Positions 12,500 through 24,940 of a DNA stretch of 64,000 nt are shown here, one piece after another. Positions within the stretch are counted from its first letter, which is position 1. Each line of letters opens with the position of its first letter. The DNA is from Octopus sinensis (Eukaryota), in the NCBI RefSeq assembly GCF_006345805.1, contig NC_043001.1, forward strand, positions 127,410,001 to 127,474,000, in the 5' to 3' direction. A program made the position numbers and the translations under genes. Below the pieces are notes generated by a model. It was not told the DNA's origin. It saw nothing but the letters and a program-made list of their open reading frames with translations, and did not search any database.

Positions 12500-14000
12500 C
12501 GATACGTATATTTAACCTTTCTATGTCAGATTTTGGGTGGTTCATTCTAAATACTGTCATTATTTTTCTTGTTTTCCTGTCTGTTTTGATTAGTTCATTT
12601 AGAGTCCAGCTAAGAATAATGTAGCTGTAACTTATAACTAGACGGCTAGCGTGTTGATACCTATTATCTTGTTTTTCGCATTGAGCTCTGTTTTCAGTAT
12701 TAATCTAACTCGTCTATAGTATTCTTTTTTTTTGCTTTCTCTTTCATTTGTGTATGTTGTATCGTATCTAGTTCATTGATTCCTAAGTATTTGTATGTCT
12801 GGCTTTGGTCTAATTCTTTTATTTCATTTGCTTTATCTAGTGTAATGCTGCTACTCTTATCTAGTTTTCCTCTTTTCAAGGTTGCTTTGGCACATTTTTC
12901 TAAGCTAAATTTCGTGTTTATTTCTTTGGTAAATCCATGTACTATCTATAGTAATGTTTCCATCTGTTTATCATTTGTAGCGTACAGTTTTAGATCACCC
13001 ATATATAAGAGGTGGCTGATTGTTTTGCCGTAACAGTTGTATCCACATCCAGTTCTGTTTAGCATGTCAGATAAAGGTGTCAATGCCAAGCAGAAAAGGA
13101 GCGGAGAGAGCGTGTCTCCCTGGAATATTCCTTTTCTAATGAGGTCGGCTTTGGTTTTTATGAGTCCCCCTTTTGTCTGGAACTGCATCACTGTCTGCCA
13201 TTTATTCATGGAATGTTTTATATATTTTATGATTATTGGCACTACCTTGTTCATGGCTAGTGTTTCTAAGATCCATGTGTAGGGAATACTATCAAAAGCC
13301 TTTCGGTAACCGACCCAGGCCATACTTAGACTCTTCTTCTTTCTGCAGCTGGTCTTCAGTTATGGCTTTATTGATCAGTAGCTGATCTTTACAGCCATAT
13401 GAGCCCTTGCAGCATCCCTTCTGCTCTTCTGGAGACAAGTCGTTTTCTTCTAGATGTTTGCTCATTTTCTGCGATATCATTGCAGTAAAGGCTTTGCAAA
13501 TTGTAGAGAGACAAGTATTCGGTCTGTAATTTTGTGAGTTTGCCGTTTCAGTAGATTTGAGAATTAGGATAGTTTTTCTTTCCGTGTGCCATTCAGGCAT
13601 TGCCTCTGGCTCTGCTAGTAGGTTAATTTCCCTGCGTTAAATGGTTTTGCACGTGTAGTTTGTCGTACTTTTTGTGTAGCAAGTTAAAAGTACGTACTTC
13701 CCGTTTGTTATCGTTAGGTTGAATTATACGGGTATTATTTAATTTAAATATTCATTTTTTTTTGTGCATGGTGGTTGGGGGGACGGGTTGGTTTGGTGTT
13801 GATTGGATCGTAATGTGGCGAGCGTGTTTATACGTGTTGTGTGAGTGATGGAGATGATACACAGTTGAAATATATCATTTCATTTGGAAAATAGAAATGA
13901 ATTTTAATGAGTATTACTTACTCGGATATAGTCCAACACTTTGTCAGTGTGGCGAGCGTGTTTACACGTGTTGTGTGAGTGACGGAGATCATATACATTA
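12500..14000 (-). mobile_element. R4/Dong-clade LINE RT fragment with 5' region
   Basis: NYRP.TCL, EEQKGC, YRKAFDSIP, GIFQGDTLSPLLFCLAL and HLLYMGDLKLY; abuts (TTA)n at ~14000. Confidence 0.88.
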
Positions 14001-14132
14001 TTATTATCATCATCATTATTATTATTATTATTATGTAACTAAAACTTCGAGGTTGCAGTCGCCCTCAAATTCTGTCCCAATGAAATATTTAGTCAGTTTT
14101 AATGTCGAGTTCTGCTTTCACACACACACACA

Positions 14133-14186
<54 letters not shown>

Positions 14187-14477
14187 GACACACGCATACA
14201 CGTGCGCGCGACACACATATTCTTCGAGACTGATGTTCGTTAACCTCAAGCTGGTCACTGAAGGGCAAAATTATTCTAATTGACAATACCAGGGATTGCG
14301 AATATGAGTGTGCGTATACGATTGAATGCATGCATGCTTGTATTCATGTCTATGTGAACATGTCATGCGTGCGTATTTACATACATACATGCGTATATGA
14401 ATATTATATGTACACATACATGACAGAAGTAAATAGACACCATTATAATCGTTAAAATTTATTTAAATCTGGAATTA

Positions 14478-14702
14478 TACTCTCTTTTACTCTCTTTTAC
14501 TTGTTTCAGTCATTTGACTGTGGCCATGCTGGAGCACCGCCTTTAGTCGAGCAAATCGACCCTGAGACTTATTCTTTGTAAGCCTAGTACTTATTCTATC
14601 GGTCTCTTTTGCCGAACCGCTAAGTGACGGGGACGTAAAAACACACCAGCATCGGTTGTCAAGCAATGCTAGAGGGACAAACACAGACACACAAACACTA
14701 TA

Positions 14703-14761
<59 letters not shown>

Positions 14762-14940
14762 TATATATACATATATACGACAGGCTTCTTTCAGTTTCCG
14801 TCTAACAAATCCACTCACAAGGCTTTGGTCGGCCCGAGGCTATAGCAGAAGACACTTGCCCAAGATGCCACGCAGTGGACTGAACCCGGAACCATGTGGT
14901 TGGTTAGCAAGCTACTTACCACACAGCCACTCCTGCGCCT
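14478..14940 (-). mobile_element. SINE B with internal (TA)n
   Basis: Full head, body and tail; ~65-bp TA tract at 14710-14775. Confidence 0.9.
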
Positions 14941-15720
14941 ATAGAGTCTTCTTTAATCATTTCACCACTGAAGAAGATTGGAAGGAGTCCTTTCTGCAAT
15001 ATGGACACATATTTATCTGAGTATATGTTTCCCTCACACTCCACTAGCTCTGATCGACTATTGATCCAAATCGATCCCCAGACCATCACAGAATAGCTGC
15101 CGTGTTTCATTTCACAGAGTCTCCAGACCTGCGCTCAACCACTGTCAGAAAATACAGCAAATCTGGACTCATCAGAAAATATGAGAGTGTCCCAAAATGT
15201 TAGTGGCCCTTCTATCTCACCGACCCAATCTTTTCCCCTTTTGATACTGGCTGGTCGAAGAAGTGGCTTCTTTCTTGCATAGTAACCATGTCTGTGGAGA
15301 TACCTGACAGCTGTTCTGGGACTGACATCAACTTGTTCTGCTATGTCAGAGGCCTTGCAACAAGGATTACCCCCCACATTTCTCTTAACAAAGCGAAGGG
15401 TCCTGTCAGAGGGCTCTGGTCAACCTGGATAAGGTGATGTGAACTCCTTCCCCTCTCTGATGAATTGCACAATCACTCTATTAACAGTGGAAAGCAGGAT
15501 CACAAGGTTTTCTGCAGTTTTACACAGATTAAATCTATCTTCAGATTGCCCCACATTACGGCCTCTTTGAAATTCAGACAGTTCCAAGGTTTCTTTTGTA
15601 TATGGTATGATTAAACAGTCACATATAGAACCTGAAACATAAAAATGTCACTTAATAAAAAATATTAAAATTTTCAAGTTAAAATAAGCACAGAACAATG
15701 TTTTATATCTATTTACTGCT
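14941..15720 (-). pseudogene. Decayed Tc1 (DD34E-type) transposase, 3' truncated
   Basis: YARKKPLLRP, LIFSDESRF and MKHGSYSVMVWGSI motifs. Confidence 0.85.
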
Positions 15721-15745
15721 GTCATATCTGTATATATACAAACGT

Positions 15746-16067
15746 GAAGGCGCGTGGCTTAGTGGTTAGGGCATTCGGCTCACGATTGTAAGGTCATGAG
15801 TTCGATTCCAAGCGACGCGTTGTGTCCTTGAGCAAGACACTTTATTTCATGTTGCTCCAGTCGACTCAGCTGGCAAAAATGAGTTGTACCTGTAATTCAA
15901 AGGGCCGGCATTGTCACACTGTGTGTCACGCTGAATCTTCCTGAGAACTACGTTAAGGGTACACGTGTCTGTGGAGTGCTCAGCCACTTGCACGTTAATT
16001 TCACGAGCAGGCTGTTCTGTTGATCGTATCAGCTGGGACCCTCGTCGTCGTAACCGACGGAGTGCTC
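15746..16067 (+). mobile_element. SINE head D plus tail T1
   Basis: gcgtggcttagtggttaggg...gagttcgattcc head, then gtgtccttgagcaagacac, then the same T1 tail as family C. Confidence 0.9.
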
Positions 16068-16130
16068 CTTTTATATACAAACACACACGCACGCACACAC
16101 ACATACACACGCATACACACTTATGTACCA

Positions 16131-16346
16131 CCAGGTGGGGCTGAAAAGTTCCTAGGTTAAGGGTGTCACGAAAGGCCTAGTTGGAGGCCCAACCTTTCGA
16201 GTTCTTTTAAAGGGATCAGAAAAACTGAAGGACTGCTGCAATATGTGTGTGAATCTGGGAAGGGAATATGTTGTATAAAATCATAACTAACTGATCTGCC
16301 TGTATTTTCTTTTACCCAAAGCCAGTAACTTCTCAGCACCACCTCG
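16131..16346 (+). mobile_element. mariner-derived MITE
   Basis: ~28-bp imperfect TIRs (aggtggggctgaaaagttcctagg versus the reverse complement of gccagtaacttctcagcaccacct). The interior encodes a mariner-like C-terminal remnant (..KCV..GEYV.*). Confidence 0.7.
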
Positions 16347-16366
16347 TGTGTACACACACACACATA

Positions 16367-16431
<65 letters not shown>

Positions 16432-16432
16432 C

Positions 16433-16501
<69 letters not shown>

Positions 16502-16504
16502 ATT

Positions 16505-16794
16505 CGTTACGAGGACGAGGGTTCCAGTTGATCCGATCAACGGAACAGCCTGCTCGCGAAATGTGTAAGTGGCTGAGCACTCCAGAGACACGTGTACCCT
16601 TAACGTAGTCCTCGGGAGATTCAGCGTGACACAGAGTGTGACAAGGCTGGCCCTTTGAAATAAAGGTACAATAGAAACAGGAAGAAAGAGTGAGAGAAAG
16701 CTGTGGTGAAAGAGTACAGTAGGGTTCGCTACCACCCCTTGTTGGAGCCTACGACCGCGAGTGCGTTGCCCTAACAACTGGGCCATTGCGCCTC

Positions 16795-16795
<1 letters not shown>
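16505..16795 (-). mobile_element. SINE C/T1 with internal deletion
   Basis: Similarity to 10753-11128. Confidence 0.85.
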
Positions 16796-16832
<37 letters not shown>

Positions 16833-16874
16833 CACATATACGCGCGCAGACAGGTATATATATATATATATATA

Positions 16875-17107
16875 TATTTCTTTATTGCCCACAAGGGGCT
16901 AAACATAGAGGGTACAAACAAGGACAGACAAACGGATTAAGTCGATTACATCGACCCCATTGCGTAACTGGTACTTTATTTATTGACCCCGAAAGGATGA
17001 AAGGCAAAGTCGACCTCGGCGGAATTTGAACTCAGAACGTAACGACAGACGAAATACCGCTAAGCATTTCGCCCGGCGCGCTAACGTGACTGCCGGCACG
17101 CCGCCTT
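16875..17107 (-). mobile_element. SINE A monomer in TA microsatellite
   Basis: Reverse complement of the 2384-2610 consensus. Confidence 0.9.
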
Positions 17108-17495
17108 TTATATATATATATATAAACCTGTCTGCGCGCGCGTTTGTGCATGTAATTATGTAAACGGTTTGATGAATACGGTGTACTTTTTATAATCTGA
17201 GCCGTTTATGGCAAAATCCAAACAAATATATATGAAAAGAATCAGTTGTGGTACAATATAATATAATATAATATAATAGCGGTATAATTCTTTATTCTTT
17301 TTATGTGTGCGTGTACGTATGAATCCATATATTTATTGTATGTATATGTGTAAGCACGTCGGGTGGGAAAGGAAGTAGGTAGATATGTAGAGTTGCATGT
17401 ATGTGTAGATAAATAGGCCTTTATGAAAATATATATTTGTGAAGATATGTATATATGTATATACACAAACGCCTGTAGATACATACACAATTACA

Positions 17496-17665
<170 letters not shown>

Positions 17666-17952
17666 TGTAATATTTTGTGACAACCAGTACTTAACACAAC
17701 AAAGCTTTTACAAAGTTTTACATTTTACTTTTGACAATCTTTTTCTAAAAAAGTGAAACCGGTCAAGTGAATAAACATCTTTAAAATTACATTTTCAAAC
17801 CTTCTTTCATATATATTTCCACTCGTGCGGTACCTTAAAACCTCATTTTGTTATGCACACACACACACACATCTATTGACAAACATGCGCGCACATATTT
17901 ATTTTTAAATATTCAATAACCGTTACAAAACTAGTCACATTTTCTTATCTAA

Positions 17953-18012
<60 letters not shown>

Positions 18013-18129
18013 ATAGAAACACACTTCATATAGATATGCATGCATACATACATAAATATGCATAGAATATTTTTTTTTTTTTTGAGCGCCTGATTTCAAA
18101 TTGATGAGCCTTCTATTCCAGGCACTGTT

Positions 18130-19330
18130 ATATATTAAAAAAAGCAATAAAATCCCAAACATTAAGAAACATTTTCTTCCGTATTTATTTGCATTCTCGT
18201 CGACTGTTGCCAGTTTTATGCCGTAAACTGTCCGATAACATAAGGTTTTCTCCCGGAGTTCTTCGTTTAATCCCCCCGCCCCCGTTTGGCAAACTCTCAT
18301 TAATGTATGCCTTTACATTACCCTCGTAGCATGGTGGCGGTGATGGGATCATCTAGCTCTTGGAAGCTTAGCATGACAGATTATCGCAGTAAGCTCAAGT
18401 AAATGAGACCACTGTCCAAAAAGAATGTTCTAATTCAGTGGTTCTCAACCGGAGTCCATATGGCTCTTAGGGGGTCCATATGGCCCTTAGGGAGTCCATA
18501 TGGCCCTTCGGGGTCCATGTTAAAATTTATGTGAAATAAATTGGTAATACTTCTTCAGGGAAAAAATTTTTTTAATATAATTTCTAATAATAATTAATCA
18601 TAAAAATATAACAGGATTTTTTAACATCGAATGGTTAAGGTGGGAAGGCATTAGAGTAAAATAGGAATCAAAGGGACCCGTAGGTAAAACAATGGTTGAG
18701 AAAGACTGGTCTAATTGATCCTACTGTAACTCCTGGTAAATTAACATGATGTCCCTTTGTATTATGTGGTTTTCAGTTCCTCAATAGAGGTAATTGTGGT
18801 GGTTAATTAAGCTATATAATTTAAATGTAGTCTCATCACTCCAAACAGTCTTTGTTGGAATGTATGCATGTCTTGCTAAGTACCACTCGCAAAACTTCAG
18901 TCCTCAATCCGGATCATCATACGACCTAATCACATACGTAGATCATCTCGTAAATGAGAACATGGACTATTTTGGGGATGTATTTTCCCAATGACAGCGC
19001 TTCAAAATGCGATGCTTGATTTTGAAATTCCTTTCTCATGAATCACTAATCGTAAAGATTTCCTTTAACTCTGGTAGTATGTTTCTTGCTTTGGGGTACT
19101 CGACTATGACTGCTGTCTTCCGGAATGTTTCTTGCGAACATCCTAAACAGTTCCATATAGATTCAAATTTATCTCTAATTTGTGTAATGGGAACTAGCGT
19201 TTAAAATTTCTTAGCACTTCGATTGTATTTTCAAACTTTCCTTACTACTACTTTAGGATAAATTTTGTTTGTTCAAAGTTTAGTCAGATTCCTTATCACT
19301 TCTATTTGATTAAATCTAAAGAGAAATGGA
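18130..19330 (-). pseudogene. Heavily decayed Tc1/mariner transposase, interrupted by a hAT MITE
   Basis: Minus-strand remnants [18 protein letters not shown] and HVNLPGVTV; continues left of the MITE (VYGIKLATVDE). Confidence 0.6.
18436..18708 (+). mobile_element. hAT (Charlie-like) MITE
   Basis: TIRs cagtggttctcaacc and ggttgagaaagactg; 8-bp TSD ttctaatt/gtctaatt; internal triple gtccatatggc repeat. Confidence 0.85.
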
Positions 19331-20083
19331 AATTTAGTAATCAACTTTTAAAATGTGTATATACATTTTTGGGACACACTATATATATACATTAATTTTT
19401 AGGAACATGTATTTCCTCTTTGAATATATTCAACATAAAAGGTGTCAAAAAGAAGAACACGTTTATGCACTGACACAAACAAACACACGCACGTGCGCAT
19501 ATACATTCATACATACACACATGTATATATCACCAGATATATATATATACGTATGGGTGTGTGTATATATATATATATATATTTACACACTCACACACAC
19601 GCGTACATATATATATATATATACATACACATACACATACACATATGAATATATATCTATGTATATACATACGTACATGTACACACATATATATATATAT
19701 ACGTACGGGTAAGTAGGGGTAACAGAAAAATAGAGATAATAAAGAAAAGATATTGAACAAAGCTCAAAAAGAAATCACCACTCCCTTCGTTTAAACTTAT
19801 TATTAGTCCCAGAGCTACACAATACACATTGCATAATCCGGTTGGGAAGGTAATATATGAGTGTGTGTGTATGCGTGTGTACCTGTGCCTACCTGCATGA
19901 GTGTATGATGTATGTATTTATGTATTTATGTATTTATATGTGTGTGTATGTATGTATGTATGTATGTTTGTAAAGTTTGTATATATGTATGTATGTAATG
20001 TACATATATCTATGTATGTGTAATGATAAGGGAAGGTAACGTAGTATGCAGTATTATTCAGTTCAGGTTATCTCGTGTGTGTA

Positions 20084-20116
<33 letters not shown>

Positions 20117-20610
20117 CAACACACCCACACATACGTGCACACACACACACATACACACACACACATAGTTATACAGATGGAGAGAGAGAAAGAGACAGAC
20201 AGACAGACAGAAGCACTATACAACAACAGGATAAGTAGAGATGTAAAGTAGACCAGTATATTTACTTTTAATAAACAAATTTAGCCTCAAATTGAAAATT
20301 CGAGAGCGAGATTAAACTATAGGGTTTTATTTCTGTGTCCAAACAGAGTGATTAACCTAAGCAGTTTGAAACTTATTTAGCACTTCATCGGCATCGGATA
20401 CTAATTTCTGTCCTCAGGCAGACGGAGGAGTATCTCATGGTTTACTCTATTTTGGAAAGAAATATAACTAGTCTGCTTGATAATTTGCATAAACGTGCGA
20501 AGGTTTTCCTAATTAAGGAGAGAAACTATTACAGTTTAATTATGTCAATGTTTTCTGAGCGAGGCTAAAAGTGTTTACTGCAAAATACGCACTCCTTAAT
20601 TTATCTTGTA

Positions 20611-21004
20611 CTAGCAGTATCGCCCGGCGTTGCTCGGGTTTGTAAGGGAAATAACTATATAAGCATTTTTAGAGATGTAAAGTATAATAGCCATCTCAAT
20701 ATAGCTAACCACAAAGGGGGGTATTACTGTAGCTTTTTAGGTTCTGAGATTTAATAATACATTTTTAGAGAGTTACTTCCCTTATATAATAGCAAAAAAA
20801 TGCATTAAAAATGGGAAAAAATGATGGTAAATTTTTTTTAAATCGTAGACTCATCGTAGACGCGCGCTAATAGCCAGAAGGGCTCGATATGAATCATGAC
20901 TATAAGATACCCGCTTTTGGTTACACTGCATCGCAAACTGTGGGAGTAGTTAGGAATCTAAATCGTAGGAGACAGACACACAACTTCACTTTTATATATA
21001 AAGA
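20611..21004 (-). mobile_element. Non-autonomous Helitron
   Basis: 5' TC, 3' hairpin cccgagcaacgccggg plus CTAG, inserted between A and T. Confidence 0.88.
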
Positions 21005-21054
21005 TTTCCGCTAAGCACCGTGTATTACTACTTTTATTGTGCATGTGTGTGTGA

Positions 21055-21098
<44 letters not shown>

Positions 21099-21123
21099 TA
21101 AAGAATAGTTAACGTCATCACCA

Positions 21124-21192
21124 TTATTGTTTTGCCTTATCCCTTGTGCTTCGCCATTCCATCAAATGTCGTACGATCTTTTTCATCTTGTC
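21124..21192 (-). CDS. Speculative terminal exon (DKMKKIVRHLMEWRSTRDKAKQ*)
   Basis: Acceptor tatactatacag, phase 0, compatible with the donor at 21640. No homology recognised. Confidence 0.2.
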   Translation of the reverse strand, partial: DKMKKIVRHLMEWRSTRDKAKQ

Positions 21193-21284
21193 CTGTATAG
21201 TATATACTTCTTTCGAATGAACACTTTTTGAGATAAAGAGATATACTATTTTTCTATATTTTTTTCGTTAACAGGAAAAGGACT

Positions 21285-21580
21285 GTTGTTTGTTGTTTGT
21301 TCCTTCTCGAGCCATGCCTGGCTCATAAGGGCCGGTTTTCCGGTTTCTTGGCGTATAGGTTCCCCACCTGGATGGGACGCCGGTCCGTCGCAAGTGAGCT
21401 GCAAGATACAGGAGGAAAGAGTGAGAGAAAGTTGTAGTGAAAGAGTCAGCAGAAGTTTCGCCATTACCTTCTGCCGGAGCCGCGTGGAAAATGGGTGTTT
21501 CGCTCATAAACACACACATCGAACCCGCGATCTCTCGACCGCGAGTCCGCTGCTCTAACCACTAGGCCATGTGCCTCCAC
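21285..21580 (-). mobile_element. SINE head C plus tail T4
   Basis: Family C head, then gcgacggaccggcgtcccatccagg...gaaaccggaaaaccggccc and (ACAA)n. Confidence 0.85.
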
Positions 21581-21640
21581 AGGAAAAGGACTGGGTTTAT
21601 AGATACGCATTTTTTTGTCACATAGCTCTGCAAGGCATAC

Positions 21641-21748
21641 CTTTTCTTCACCAGTTATTTTTAGCTCCTGATTACTCAAGGTCGCGTCGGTGAACGAAGG
21701 AAGGCTGGAAGCGCTTTCCCTATTCTTCAATTCAAACTCAACATTCAT
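21641..21748 (-). CDS. Candidate host exon (MNVEFELKNRESASSLPSFTDATLSNQELKITGEEK)
   Basis: Unique, non-repeat sequence; 36 codons ending at a strong donor AAG|GTATG. Confidence 0.35.
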
Positions 21749-21945
21749 TCATTCGTAGGAATAAATGTGTGAGCGTATTTCATTGCAGCTATTGTTATTA
21801 TCAGTAATTCTGTCGTTGAAATTGTTCAGAACATGACGTTTTCTATATTTTTTTAAGGTTGTGAAATAAGTCTACATTGCTGGGAAAAATTTTTCTGTTT
21901 ACTGTCCGGAAAAACTGCTGGTTTCGGTTGTCTTCGTTTGCTTAC

Positions 21946-21989
21946 TTGATTGTTTGTTGTACGAGTGTGCTTTTGCATACTGTAGCCAT
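21946..21989 (-). CDS. Candidate first coding exon (MATVCKSTLVQQTI-)
   Basis: aaaATGG start context, donor AA|GTAAGC, and a CpG-enriched unique region upstream. Confidence 0.4.
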
Positions 21990-22130
21990 TTTATCAGCCA
22001 ACGACGTGAATAAAGACATTTTTTTCGTCGGAAATTGAAGTAGTTTTTTTTCCTGAAAAGCGTTGAAAATAATGTAAATAATAAGATTCTCATATCTCTC
22101 TGTCATTGAAAGATATTTTTCTACGTGAAA
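21990..22130 (-). promoter_or_regulatory. Possible 5' UTR or promoter region
   Basis: Unique sequence with CpGs and a cggaaat (ETS-like) motif upstream of the candidate exon. Inference only. Confidence 0.25.
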
Positions 22131-22321
22131 ATGGGCGAAATGGCTCGAGACACGTCTGGCGATTTCAAAGGATGAAAGGCAAAGTCGACCTCGGCGGAAT
22201 TTGAACAAAGAACGTAGCGACGGGCGAAATACCACTAAGCATTTCGTCCAGCGTGCTAACGATTCCGCTAGCTCGCCGCCTTAACAACAACAACAACAAC
22301 AATAATAATAATAATAATAAT

Positions 22322-22680
22322 GAAATTGAAATACAAAAGATGCGGCATTTTAAAGTGAGAACTCTTCCTGTTACTGTGGGTGCCCTAGGTATAACAAAAA
22401 AGTGATGTCAGAAACAACTAGATAATATCCCAGGAGAACCATGTCTCAGAGAAATCCAAAAGATTGCGCTGACAAGTACTACCCACATCCTTTAGAAGAA
22501 CCCTATCCATTGAAATGTCTGTGCTATATTTCATGAAGATATTTCGCTACTGCCTCTGCCACGCCCCCTCCCCAAACATTTGGTCATACTGTAACATCTC
22601 TTATCTTTCGCTCGCCCCAGGACGCTGGGTGTTTCTCGGCAAGTGATTGTAACAAACATGCAGATTACAAGTAAAAGATA
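22322..22680 (+). mobile_element. R4/Dong LINE 3' end (REL endonuclease tail)
   Basis: EIEIQKMRHFK..PVTVGALG...LREIQKIAL..TTHIL; (AAT)n on both sides. Confidence 0.8.
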
Positions 22681-22724
22681 ATGATGATAATAGTAATAGT
22701 AGTAGTAATAATAATAACAATAAT

Positions 22725-23400
22725 TCTTTCATTTATTGGCCACCAGGGCCAACATATAGGGTACAATACAGTAGACGTGGACAGTGGGTGTTTTACACAA
22801 AACAACGAGTATACAATTAAAACAATAACAATAATGTCAAACAAGAACAATATAACAATGAAAGTTCTCCAATGGGGTGGGGCACCTGTGGTTGGCTCAG
22901 GTACCCCACCAATCCTGAACCACTTGGCGCTTCAAAAGCTCACAAATTCACTAGCCTAGAGGCACGTTTCGCTATATTCACCCACCTTTTAGCAAATGTA
23001 CTGGGTGGCAGCACTTCTCTCTTCACCTTCATCTTCCTTTCCAAGTGAAATCTGAAAAAGTTGATGAGAAATTGGCCGAAGAGAAAAGTATCTATCTTCA
23101 GTCCTTTTAACCTGATCCACTATACAATCTTTTTCGCTACTGTTATCTGACAGAAGAAAATTGTCTGCCCTTCCGGACAAATGGAAGGCGACGGGTCGAT
23201 CTTCACTAAGGACTTGGCCGATAGCCGGATTCGTCCTACGCGTGATAACAGCTGTTCAACATAACTCTACAAGTCAGTGATGCACGGACATTGGACGAGT
23301 GCGTACAGAACGGTTTCATCGCTCAGCGCGCATCTCAGGCAGGTCCGTCTGAGAAAACTTTACAGAGACGCGGTTTAAAAAGGTGCGGTGGGTTTTACAG
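22725..23400 (-). mobile_element. L1/Tx1-clade LINE 3' fragment
   Basis: CLRCALSDETVLYALVQC (a CX2CX8HX4C knuckle with H to Y), followed by ..FAKRWVNIAK. Confidence 0.75.
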
Positions 23401-23739
23401 AGAAATGAGATGAATGAAAAGAGAAATGGTATACGCGGTATTCAAATCTGAACTAGATTCCCAGAGAGGAATACCATCTAGGACCAATCAAGGAAACTAG
23501 GAGATCAAGACGTTGGAGTAGTGGCAAGCGAGATGCGGCATTGAATGTTTACATAAAATATAAAGGAAAGTGGAGGCAATGGTTAACAATGTAATAATTA
23601 AAAGGAAAATGTTTCCGAATGAGCAGGTAGCCACCAGTCAATAAACCACACATGTCTCCAGGATTGCCCTGAATAGCAAAGGTAAGTACTTTCACCCTGC
23701 TGTATTCGATATATTACAGGTGTGTACTGAGATTAGGGC

Positions 23740-24130
23740 CATACATTCAGCGCACGTTCGCCACCGTCTTCCACCTTTCCAAAAATTTACAAGCAGGTAG
23801 TACTTCCCTATCCATCTCCATCTTCTTCAAGCGAACCTCGAAAAGGTTGATGAGGGTTTGCCAAAGAAATTGTCTATCTTTTGTCCAATCTTTCAGTCGC
23901 TTGTACAACGCAAGTGCTTTTGCCATAGCCATCAAGCGGAGGAAATCTGTCTCCTCTTCTTGACCAAAGAAAGGCGACAGGGTGATCTTCAAGATGGTCT
24001 CAGCCGATAACTGGATCTATCCTTCACAAGGTTATCATTATTCAACAGAATTCAACAAATCAACAATGTTCACACACAGACACAGATCTTTGGTTAACAG
24101 TTTTGGACAGGACTCTACTGACGACATTTC
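23740..24130 (-). mobile_element. Second, divergent L1/Tx1-like 3' fragment
   Basis: QLSAETILKITLSP...REVLPACKFLERW aligns by eye with RLSAKSLVKIDPSP...REVLPPSTFAKRW at 23.0-23.2 kb. Confidence 0.6.
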
Positions 24131-24189
24131 TGTGTATATGGAATATATCTCGAATCGGTGTTACCTCTTAGTAACATTTCTAGACCAGG

Positions 24190-24400
24190 AGTAGGCGGTG
24201 AGCTGTCGGAATCGTTAGCATACCGTGTAAAATGCTTAGCGGCATTTCGTCCATCTTTAGGTTCTGAGTTCAAATTTCACAGATCGATTTTGTCTTTCAT
24301 CCTTTCGGGGTCGATAAAATAAGTACCAGTTAAGCTCTGGGGCCAATCTAATCGACTTATCCATCCACCGAAATTGCTGGCCGTGTGCCAAAACTTGAAT
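24190..24400 (+). mobile_element. SINE A variant (alternative tail)
   Basis: Diverged family A head; TSD-like aacatttctagaccag and aacatgtctagaccag. Confidence 0.75.
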
Positions 24401-24629
24401 GCAACATGTCTAGACCAGAAATTTCTGGAAGTTATACATTATCCTCGGACAGACCGTTCACCAGGAAAGATTAGCTGGTTGATCTTCGTCCACCAGAGTC
24501 TTCTATAGAATGCAAACGTAGCAATTCCTATGGTTGCATTGCTCGACAGTTGGAGAGTTGTGAGCGTCTGACAATATTTCAGGCACCCGGTGACCAACCG
24601 TGGTTTCTCTGGACCCACCTGGAAAACAT

Positions 24630-24646
24630 GTTGTCGATGATGATGT

Positions 24647-24685
<39 letters not shown>

Positions 24686-24792
24686 CGACGATGACGATGA
24701 TGATGAGAAAGGGAAGGAAGAGTTGGATCATCATCCTCATTCCTTATTTTCGTCGTTGTCATCATCATCGTTGTCGTCATCATCATCAACAG

Positions 24793-24848
<56 letters not shown>

Positions 24849-24940
24849 GTCGTCGTCGTCGTCGTCGTCGTCATCAACACAGTCTTAATCATCATCATCA
24901 TTATCTTCTTCTTCTTCTTCTTCTTTTTCTTCATCTTCTA
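24630..24940. repeat. (GAT)n then (CAT/CGT/CTT)n tracts
   Basis: Direct reading. Confidence 0.95.

Noticed and set aside
21749-21842. Splicing 21946 to 21842 leaves one in-frame TGA before MNVEF, suggesting readthrough or selenocysteine
   Set aside because: The acceptor has a poor pyrimidine tract, the TGA sits in a (GAAT)3 repeat, and no SECIS was seen; chance is likely.
24430-24620. Minus-strand ORF after ttttccag as an exon
   Set aside because: No donor and no recognisable protein; the ORF start is a microsatellite.
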